From an uncultured Dehalococcoidaceae bacterium (GTDB lineage: Bacteria > Chloroflexota > Dehalococcoidia > Dehalococcoidales > RBG-16-60-22), in contig CAYFVI010000086.1 in assembly GCA_964346525.1 (NCBI GenBank), forward strand, positions 1-28,465: a stretch of 28,465 bases of DNA, written 5' to 3'. Numbering within the stretch: position 1 is the first letter of the stretch; each line of letters starts with the position of its first letter. The notes under the pieces were generated by a model, which saw nothing but the letters and a program-made list of their open reading frames with translations, was not told the origin of the DNA and did not search any database. Both the position numbers and the translations under genes were made by a program. This document shows, piece after piece, positions 8,748 to 15,737 of the stretch.

Positions 8748-9143
8748 TTGAGCCAGGAGGCGATGCCCAAGCCGGAAGGAGAAGAAACAAAACAGGAAGC
8801 GGTTCGAAGGGCGAAAGAGAGAGCCAGAATCGCAAGGTGGGACCTCGATGTGGCCGTATTTCTCTTTGTGGTACTGATTGTGGTGATAATCCTGCTGTTT
8901 CAAAATATCAGCGTTGGCATAGTGGCGCCGGTAGCCATCTTTGGCCTGATAATGGTCTGGATAACAGGCTGGAGGCGCGGTAAGCATTTGTTTCGTAGCT
9001 TTTACGCTGAAGAGCTTTTCAGGTTGGAAAGAGAGATAAAGGAGACCGAAGAGAAAGAGAATAGGGAGAAGAAAGCGGCAAAGCCCATTGATGATACCAT
9101 TGAGGAAGCGGTGCAGCGGGCGCTGCGCGAAAGGTGGAAATAA
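8748..9143 (+). CDS. hypothetical membrane protein (2 TM, charged tails)
   Basis: Hydrophobic stretches VAVFLFVVLIVVIILLF and IVAPVAIFGLIMVWITGW. TTG start at 8748 after GAGGAG, or ATG at 8763. Confidence 0.7.
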   Translation: MSQEAMPKPEGEETKQEAVRRAKERARIARWDLDVAVFLFVVLIVVIILLFQNISVGIVAPVAIFGLIMVWITGWRRGKHLFRSFYAEELFRLEREIKETEEKENREKKAAKPIDDTIEEAVQRALRERWK

Positions 9144-9217
9144 TCAAGCGCGGGGTTCAGCCTCTATTTCGCTGGGGGATATATGCCAAGCCGCGGCAGA
9201 ACATGGAGTAGAGTAGA

Positions 9218-10168
9218 ATGCAGGAGTTACTGGCCAGAATACGTCGCATGGGCTTTATGATAGTGCTCGGGGTCTGCATCATCATTTATGTTGGTCTCGG
9301 CTTTGTTTACATGCAACAGGGGCCAAAGCAGAAGAGCCTCGAAGAGCAAATAAGGAAGACCATTCTGGTGGTAAGCAAGCCTCTACCGAGCATGAAAGAA
9401 TTGCAGGCCAAATACGACGCGGTGAATAAAGCCCTGGAGCCGATGGAAACGCCTCAAGCGCTGGAGGTGATTGTCGGCATTGCGGAGAAAAGCGGCATAG
9501 ATGTCGATCCACAAAACGACAAGCTACGCATCGGTGCCCCGGGCAGACCCGAAAAAAGGAAAATGGCTGAAGGCACCTATAATGTTTTGTCTTTCGGTGA
9601 CATCATGGCGCAGGGTGATTATGAGGCCGTGATGAATTTTATATCTGATCTTGATGCCGGCAATACGCTGGAAACTATGATTCTCAGAAGGGTAAATCTT
9701 GGATGGGTACAGGTGGCACTTTCGGAAGGAGAGGTGATACGGAGAGCCGAATACCGCGCGGTAATACAGGCAGTGGCTGATATGATGGCGGATAATAATC
9801 TCGCTGAGATTCCCAACGCGGTAAATTATGATGGCGGGCTGGCGGTGAATGAAATGGCCGTCTTTCCCGATACTATCACTACCGCAAAGGAAAAGGGATA
9901 CACTGGCGTGGAGACCCCATCAGATGGCTATGTACTCTATGAGCACGACCGGATCGCGACTGATAATACCGCCGATTATCAGACGATGATATACCTTGAT
10001 AATCCCACTACGGAATATTATTACATCTGTGAGCTGGATGGCACCGTGCGGCAGTTTGATGGACCAGATTTGGCAACAGCGACGGAGTATTTCGGCAGCG
10101 AGGAGCTTATCTATGAGGCCGTTGCCAGGTTATCCATTGACCTGTATTCCAAACTGCCCAAAGGATAG
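9218..10168 (+). CDS. PilO/GspM-like bitopic protein with an inserted pilin head domain (aa ~170-280)
   Basis: N-terminal TM plus coiled coil and PilO-type motif QGDYEAVMNFISDLD...ILRRVNL...ARLSIDLY that aligns with the PilO at 25053-25616. The insert aligns with the major pilins at 11893-12886. Confidence 0.8.
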   Translation: MQELLARIRRMGFMIVLGVCIIIYVGLGFVYMQQGPKQKSLEEQIRKTILVVSKPLPSMKELQAKYDAVNKALEPMETPQALEVIVGIAEKSGIDVDPQNDKLRIGAPGRPEKRKMAEGTYNVLSFGDIMAQGDYEAVMNFISDLDAGNTLETMILRRVNLGWVQVALSEGEVIRRAEYRAVIQAVADMMADNNLAEIPNAVNYDGGLAVNEMAVFPDTITTAKEKGYTGVETPSDGYVLYEHDRIATDNTADYQTMIYLDNPTTEYYYICELDGTVRQFDGPDLATATEYFGSEELIYEAVARLSIDLYSKLPKG

Positions 10169-10197
10169 TGGGCCTGGCGGCTATATATTAAAGGTGG

Positions 10198-11739
10198 TTG
10201 ATTGTGGCGAAACAGAACGAAAAAGCTAAATCTCAAAGCATCGTGAATCTCGACTTGGGCACTGCCGTTAAAAAGCTCCTGAAGGCATTGGAGAGAGCAC
10301 TGGCGCGGTTTGCCGCCGGCAAGGTTGTTACCCTGGACATCAGCCAGACCGGCCTCCGGCTCATGGAGACGCGTGGCGGTACGGTTAAAAGCTGGGCTGA
10401 TGTCGCCTTTGAACCAGAAGAAATGGGGCAAATAGCCAAAGGGGGAGAGACCACCCTGGGTGCCAAAGTCAAGCAACTGATGGATTCAAGCGGCATCAAA
10501 GCAAAGAGTGTAATCGCCAGCATAAGCGGTATGTATACCATAAGCCGCCTCATACCCGTGTCCAACTTGCCGGCGGCGCCAACACTTGAGGAATCGGTTA
10601 ACGAGATTGCCCAGGAAATAATGCCCGTTCCCACCGAAGGTCTCTACTTCTTCTGGCAGACCGTGGGTACTGATGAGGGAGAACGGCAGGTATTTACTCT
10701 CGGTGTACCCAGAAACGTCATGGATAACAGTATAAAATCTCTGAAAAGTGTGGGTATCAACCCACAGATTGTCGAGCTCAAGACGATGGCGCTGGCCAGA
10801 GTCATCAATAAAGAGCAGGCTCTGATTCTGAATATTGAGCCTGCCAGCTTTGACATTATTATGGCGGTCAAAGGCATCCCCAGAATCATGCATTCGCTGG
10901 CCTGGCGATGGGATAGCATGAACATCGGGGATGCGGCCGAATATCTGGCCACAAACCTTGAGATGACGGTCGATTTCTATAACAGCCACCATCTTGATGA
11001 GCCTTTTGATATGACCAATCCGCTTTACATTACCGGGCAAATGTCCGTGGAACCGGAATTGATGGAGAAACTGCGGGCCAGACTGGGGTTTGCTGTTGAA
11101 GAACTAACACCGCCGCTGGATTGCCCGGCTTTCCTTCCGACATCCCAGTACGCGGTGAACATAGGGCTTGCCATGCGCAAGGAGATGTCCTTACGCAATA
11201 GAGATGGTGAAGTTGGATTCTTCCCGCTCGATGTAAATCTTCTTCCCCCGGCCTATCGGCCATGGCGCCCGACCGCCAAGCAGATATATTCAACCGGCAT
11301 CCTTATATCCGCAATTGCTCTCATCTTCCCATTATTCCAGATCGCCGACGAGACCATGAGCCAGACGACCATTTTAGAGCGAAAGTATGACATTCTCAAT
11401 AACCAGTTGCTGCTGAAGAAAACGGAAATAGAAAAGCGTGAGCCGTTGCAGAGAGCTATCGCTGAGTACGAATCTATAGTTGCCAGGGAAGGGAGTTTCA
11501 GCGAGGATATCAGTGCGATTATAAATGAGGCGGAGAAACTGGATGTTGAGGTGAGTTCCATAATCCATGACAAAAAGAGCATAACCGTTTCCTGCGTAGC
11601 CAAAGATTACCTTTCCTTTCGGGAATACCTGACGGCGCTTGGGGAAAGCGGTCGTTTTACCACCCCCATCCCTCCCCCGGAGGGCTACCCGTATACTACG
11701 AGCGGTACCGTTAAACTTGAAGCCAAAATCAGCCAGTAG
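10198..11739 (+). CDS. PilM-PilN fusion protein, copy 1
   Basis: PilM actin-like fold (TLDISQTGLRLME, K.VIASISG, LKTMALAR), then the PilN N-terminal motif DVNLLP, a TM, a coiled coil and a PilN-like C-terminal domain. Start may be GTG at 10204. Confidence 0.8.
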   Translation: MIVAKQNEKAKSQSIVNLDLGTAVKKLLKALERALARFAAGKVVTLDISQTGLRLMETRGGTVKSWADVAFEPEEMGQIAKGGETTLGAKVKQLMDSSGIKAKSVIASISGMYTISRLIPVSNLPAAPTLEESVNEIAQEIMPVPTEGLYFFWQTVGTDEGERQVFTLGVPRNVMDNSIKSLKSVGINPQIVELKTMALARVINKEQALILNIEPASFDIIMAVKGIPRIMHSLAWRWDSMNIGDAAEYLATNLEMTVDFYNSHHLDEPFDMTNPLYITGQMSVEPELMEKLRARLGFAVEELTPPLDCPAFLPTSQYAVNIGLAMRKEMSLRNRDGEVGFFPLDVNLLPPAYRPWRPTAKQIYSTGILISAIALIFPLFQIADETMSQTTILERKYDILNNQLLLKKTEIEKREPLQRAIAEYESIVAREGSFSEDISAIINEAEKLDVEVSSIIHDKKSITVSCVAKDYLSFREYLTALGESGRFTTPIPPPEGYPYTTSGTVKLEAKISQ

Positions 11740-11822
11740 TGAATTATCCACGCTGGCGTGACTTATCGATTGAAGGAATTATCTACCTTTAATAACCAGA
11801 TGTGGCACCTTTTGAATGGCCT

Positions 11823-11857
11823 AAAAAGAGAGATGCCCAGAATGGGCATCTCTCTTT
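11823..11857. terminator. bidirectional intrinsic terminator between convergent pilMN and pilin genes
   Basis: 15-bp perfect stem AAAGAGAGATGCCCA (11825-11839) / TGGGCATCTCTCTTT (11843-11857), GAA loop, A/T tails. Confidence 0.85.
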
Positions 11858-11892
11858 GACCACACCCCCTCAACCCATCTTCGGTTCAGCGA

Positions 11893-12363
11893 TTATTCAT
11901 AGCCGGTGGTTTCCTGGGTTACCGTTCCTTCTGCGTCAACGGTATAGGTGCCCTTGGTCATTTCCGTGGCCACGTAGTTGACGGTGGTGTTGACGCTGTT
12001 GTCGGCGGTGATATCGTGCTGGTAGAGTATGAAGCCGTCCTTGTCACCGGCCTGGTAGGCAGTTCCATCCGGGTCATTGAGCTTGTCAACGGTGACGGCT
12101 GAAGTGTCATCGGGGAACAGGCTCATGTTACCGGTAGCTACGGTGACCGGGTTGGGCAGGGTACTCAACTGGTTATCAACCATCATGGCGACGACCGCTG
12201 ACTGGACGTTGGCAAACTCGGTATCCGCGGCTTCCGACTCACCTCTCCCGATGAACCTTCCCACGTTGGGGATGACCACCGCTGCCAGCACACCGAGGAT
12301 GGCTACCACGATGAGCAGCTCGATCAGTGTGAACCCCTTCTCGCCTCTCTTCGGCAATCTCAT
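11893..12363 (-). CDS. pilA: major type IV pilin, copy 2 (146 aa mature, no Cys)
   Basis: Class III signal MRLPKRGEKG|FTLIELLIVVAILGVLAAVVIP with G-1, F1, E5 and P22; AGGAGG RBS. Confidence 0.93.
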   Translation of the reverse strand: MRLPKRGEKGFTLIELLIVVAILGVLAAVVIPNVGRFIGRGESEAADTEFANVQSAVVAMMVDNQLSTLPNPVTVATGNMSLFPDDTSAVTVDKLNDPDGTAYQAGDKDGFILYQHDITADNSVNTTVNYVATEMTKGTYTVDAEGTVTQETTGYE

Positions 12364-12415
12364 TTTTCACCTCCTCCTCACCTTATTTCAGGTCTAATAA
12401 ACAGAGTGATGTAAA

Positions 12416-12886
12416 TTACTCGTAGCCGGTGGTTTCCTGGGTTACCGTGCCTAGGGCGTCAACGGTATAGGTACCCTTGGTCATTTCCGTAGCCACGTAG
12501 TTGACGGTGGTGTTGACGCTGTTGTCGGCGTTGATATCGTGCTGGTAAAGTATGAAGCCATTCTTGTCACCGGCCTGGTAGGCAGTTCCATCCGGGTCAT
12601 TGAGCTTGTCAACAGTGACGGCTGAAGTGGAATCGGGGAACAGGCTCATGTTACCGGTAGCTACGGTGACCGGGTTGGGCAGGGTTTCCAGCCCGTTATC
12701 CGTCATCATGGCGACGACCGCTGACTGGATGTTGGCAAACTCGGTATCTGCGGCTTCCGATTCACCTCTCCCGATGAACCTTCCCACGTTGGGGATGACC
12801 ACCGCTGCCAGCACGCCGAGGATGGCCACCACGATGAGCAGCTCAATCAGTGTGAACCCCTTCTCGCCTCTCTTCGGCAATCTCAT
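12416..12886 (-). CDS. pilA: major type IV pilin, copy 1
   Basis: Same class III signal peptide as copy 2; 8 aa differences. Confidence 0.93.
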   Translation of the reverse strand: MRLPKRGEKGFTLIELLIVVAILGVLAAVVIPNVGRFIGRGESEAADTEFANIQSAVVAMMTDNGLETLPNPVTVATGNMSLFPDSTSAVTVDKLNDPDGTAYQAGDKNGFILYQHDINADNSVNTTVNYVATEMTKGTYTVDALGTVTQETTGYE

Positions 12887-12953
12887 TTTTCACCTCCTCC
12901 TTTTCGTTATTTTATTGGCCAAGCCCGAAACAAGACTATTCCGCAACAGTTTA

Positions 12954-12982
12954 ATGATAAGTTGCTGGTGAAATATATACAA
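12954..12982 (-). promoter_or_regulatory. possible sigma70-type pilin promoter (TTGTAT-N17-TATCAT)
   Basis: Partial consensus with 17-nt spacing, ~68 nt upstream of the pilin ATG. Confidence 0.4.
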
Positions 12983-13065
12983 TCCTGCAAAGTAGTGATT
13001 TTGGGGAAGCTGATGGCTAATACTTTCGGGTGAGCGAATACAGGACTTATTGCCTAGTACCGTGA

Positions 13066-13737
13066 TTATTTCCGGCTATGGGGAACAAGGCCTCGTTTCA
13101 CGGCGTAAGCGGCCGCCTGGCTGCGATTTGCCAGGTGGAGTTTGTCCATTATATTGCGCAGGTGTGTTTTCACCGTGTTCTCCGAGATGAACAGAGAGTC
13201 AGCGATTTCTCTATTGGTAGCACCCTGGGCCACCAGTCGCAGCACTTCATCCTCGCGGTGGCTCAGATGGGCCTCTTCGGCTGTGGTATCTTTATCCCTG
13301 GCATCTGTGCCCGATTCCTTGAATTCGGTCAGCAGTTTGGTTGCCATAATGGGGGAAAGGATGACGCCGCCCTGGGCTATGTGATAAATGGCCTGAACCA
13401 GCTCCTCCGGCTCCGTATTCTTTAAAATATAACCGGTAGCCCCGAACTTGATGGCCGCGAAAAGGTCAGCTTCATTTTCGGAAACGGTCAGAACTAGGAT
13501 ATTCACCTGCGGCATCTTAGCTTGCAGTGCCTGTGTGGCTTCCAGCCCGCTGCATTGTGGCATGTTAAGGTCCATCAGGATGACATCAGGCTTCAGTTTT
13601 TCCGCCTTTTCTATTGCCTCCAGACCGTTGGCCGCCTCTCCCACAACGCTTATATTTGCCTGATTTGTCAGTACGGTGCTGATGCCGCGTCGGAAGAGAG
13701 AATGGTCATCCACAATAAGAACCCTGACCGCTTCCAT
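13066..13737 (-). CDS. NarL/LuxR-family response regulator (canonical receiver)
   Basis: VLIVDDHSLFRRG, PDVILMDLNMP, VLTVS, GYILK; HTH LSHREDEVLRLVAQGATNREIA...SENTVKTHLRNIMDKL. Confidence 0.93.
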   Translation of the reverse strand: MEAVRVLIVDDHSLFRRGISTVLTNQANISVVGEAANGLEAIEKAEKLKPDVILMDLNMPQCSGLEATQALQAKMPQVNILVLTVSENEADLFAAIKFGATGYILKNTEPEELVQAIYHIAQGGVILSPIMATKLLTEFKESGTDARDKDTTAEEAHLSHREDEVLRLVAQGATNREIADSLFISENTVKTHLRNIMDKLHLANRSQAAAYAVKRGLVPHSRK

Positions 13738-13738
13738 T

Positions 13739-14908
13739 TCACAACCTCACTTTCTCCACCGGAAGATTTACCTTTACCACGGTGCCCTGATTGGGGGCAG
13801 TGGTGATAAGCACATTGCCGCCAAGCCCTTCGGCCCGCTCTCTGATGATGGCCAGACCATGATAGCCGGGCGGGTATTCCTCTAGTTCTTCAAGTTTGAA
13901 ACCCCTGCCATCGTCTTTAACCACCATTTCCACCTTGTCTGCGGTGTTCCTCAGCGTTATCTCAACGCTGCTGGCCATGGCGTGGCGCCTGACGTTGGTC
14001 AGTGCTTCTTGGGCAATGCGCAGCATCTGGAGTTCCGCCACCGGCGAGAGCTGGGTAAAAGGCTTGGAGATCTCAAACTGCACCGGGATGCCATTATTGC
14101 TGCTGAATTCCCGAATATAGTTGCCGAGAGCGTTGAGGATGGAAACGCTTTTTATTTCGGTGCTCAGCTGGTCGATTGATTCCCTGATGTCCTCGTAGGT
14201 ATCCTGTACCACTTCGCGGATCTCGGTAAGCTCGGTGAGCGCCTGCACGGAATCCTTTGACGCGAGCAGGTCGCTTACTGCCTTGGTCTTCATATTGAGG
14301 TAGCTTAATGACTGAGCAACACCGTCATGGATTTCCCGGGCAATGCGGCGGCGCTCCTCAATGATGGCTTCCCTCTCAATGCGGCGCCGTATGTTCAGAT
14401 TGATGCGATATGGCACGGTGGCAACGACAACGGAGAAGAGGGTATAAACGATGAGCAGCGTGAGGTTGTATCCCTGCATTATCCAGGTGAATCGTGTCGT
14501 GAACTGGTGCAAGAACAGGTGCGTGAGGGAAAGAGACAGGGAAGCGGTGGCGGCCAGAGAAAGAGCAATCTTTTCCTCTAAGAGCAGGGCCGCAGTCATA
14601 ATGGGTGTGAGAGAATAAAGCAGGAAGATACTGTTGAGACCGTTGGTATAAATAACCAGCAAAATACAGAGGATAAAATCCCCACTCAGTATCAGGTAGG
14701 TCATGGTGCCTCTGATCTGCCAGCGGAGCGGGGAGAAAACCTTCAGGGCGGTATAGACACCCAGCGTCCCCAGAATGATATAAAGCTGAGCCGCGGGCAT
14801 GGCGGCCATAATTGGGGATACCTGGGAGAAGAGCACTGCCAGCGCGTACGCCAGAAAGCGGTAAACGGCCAGAAACTGATATGCCTCTTTTTCGTACCGG
14901 TACTGCAT
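13739..14908 (-). CDS. sensor histidine kinase, HisKA_3 (NarX-like) core with ~6-TM membrane sensor domain
   Basis: ERRRIAREIHDGVAQSL H-box, RIAQEALTNVRRHA N-box, DDGRGF, GLAIIRERA..LGG; six hydrophobic segments N-terminally; 1-nt gap to the response regulator. Confidence 0.92.
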   Translation of the reverse strand: MQYRYEKEAYQFLAVYRFLAYALAVLFSQVSPIMAAMPAAQLYIILGTLGVYTALKVFSPLRWQIRGTMTYLILSGDFILCILLVIYTNGLNSIFLLYSLTPIMTAALLLEEKIALSLAATASLSLSLTHLFLHQFTTRFTWIMQGYNLTLLIVYTLFSVVVATVPYRINLNIRRRIEREAIIEERRRIAREIHDGVAQSLSYLNMKTKAVSDLLASKDSVQALTELTEIREVVQDTYEDIRESIDQLSTEIKSVSILNALGNYIREFSSNNGIPVQFEISKPFTQLSPVAELQMLRIAQEALTNVRRHAMASSVEITLRNTADKVEMVVKDDGRGFKLEELEEYPPGYHGLAIIRERAEGLGGNVLITTAPNQGTVVKVNLPVEKVRL

Positions 14909-14942
14909 TTTAAGGTCATATTCCTCTGCTATTGTCGTTTAA

Positions 14943-14971
14943 ATGGTAGTTCGCAGGGTACTCAATGTCAA
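14943..14971 (-). promoter_or_regulatory. sigma70-type promoter of the kinase-regulator pair (TTGACA-N17-TACCAT)
   Basis: Perfect -35, 17-nt spacer, TAnnnT -10, 34 nt upstream of the ATG. Confidence 0.65.
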
Positions 14972-15040
14972 GACTAGACATAATATGTTACGCGGCAAAG
15001 GACTGACAAATATTGCCATACCAAAAAGCTGGGCTGCGAA

Positions 15041-15718
15041 TCAGGCGAGGGAAATCAGTCCCTGCTTAATGGCCACAACCACTGCCTCCGTGCGAGCATT
15101 GGCATTTAGCTTGCGCAAAATGGAGGTGACATGGTTCTTAATCGTCTGTTCGCTGATATCCAGTTCGGCGGCAATCTGCTTGTTGAGATACCCCTGAGCT
15201 ATGTGTTTCAGGATTTCCATCTCTCTCGGCGTCAGCGGTGCGATGAACGACTCCGCTTCGCTGCGCATTGACAGTTCTTGGAACTGTTGCAGCACCTGTT
15301 CGGCCAGCTTGGGCCGGTTGGTCAGGCTTTCGTTTATCGGATGTTCCCCGCGGTGAACGCGTCTTATGGTATTTACCAGCTCGCTGGCGGTAACTTCCTT
15401 GCTCAAATAGGCTACTGCCTGAGCTTTAAGCGCCTGGAAGATTTGAGAGTCATCCTGACTTGACGTAAGCACCACCACCCCGATTGTCGGCAGGCGCTGT
15501 TTTATTTTCCGCGCCAACTTCAGGCCGGCATCAGCCGGGGTATCGATATCGAGCAGGGCAACATCGGGCGGCAGATTATCGATTATGGATAGCACTTCAT
15601 CGGAAACCTCGGCTGTGGCTGATATGGCCATATCACGTACTCCGGAGAGGGAATGCTCTATTCCCTGGCGGAAAAAGGTCTGCTGGCTGATAATAATAAT
15701 CTGTGTCTTGTTCATCAT
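15041..15718 (-). CDS. NarL/LuxR-family response regulator with atypical receiver
   Basis: PPDVALLDID, VVVLTSS, AYLSK; HTH LTPREMEILKHIAQGYLNKQIA...SEQTIKNHVTSILRKL. Start trimmed to MMNKTQ at 15718 (upstream extension overlaps the DGC gene). Confidence 0.9.
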   Translation of the reverse strand: MMNKTQIIIISQQTFFRQGIEHSLSGVRDMAISATAEVSDEVLSIIDNLPPDVALLDIDTPADAGLKLARKIKQRLPTIGVVVLTSSQDDSQIFQALKAQAVAYLSKEVTASELVNTIRRVHRGEHPINESLTNRPKLAEQVLQQFQELSMRSEAESFIAPLTPREMEILKHIAQGYLNKQIAAELDISEQTIKNHVTSILRKLNANARTEAVVVAIKQGLISLA

Positions 15719-15737
15719 TGGCAACCTTCTTTTATAA

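Larger units (their letters stand above)
11893..12901 (-). repeat. tandem duplication of the pilin gene and RBS (11893-12378 vs 12416-12901, offset 523 bp)
   Basis: 148/156 aa identical by manual comparison; identity extends through the upstream TTTTCACCTCCTCCT. Confidence 0.9.

Noticed and set aside
5668-11739. Type II secretion system interpretation of the + arm
   Set aside because: No secretin or GspC in the window; PilT, PilM-type domains and long major pilins point to type IV pili. A secretion role cannot be fully excluded.
11893-12363. Silent Neisseria-style pilin cassette
   Set aside because: The downstream copy retains its RBS, leader, cleavage site and full reading frame, so it looks expressible.
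11893-12886. Electrically conductive (Geobacter-type) e-pilin
   Set aside because: Mature pilin is 146 aa with 10 Phe/Tyr (6.8%) and long aromatic-free gaps, below the roughly 9% heuristic; no cytochromes nearby.
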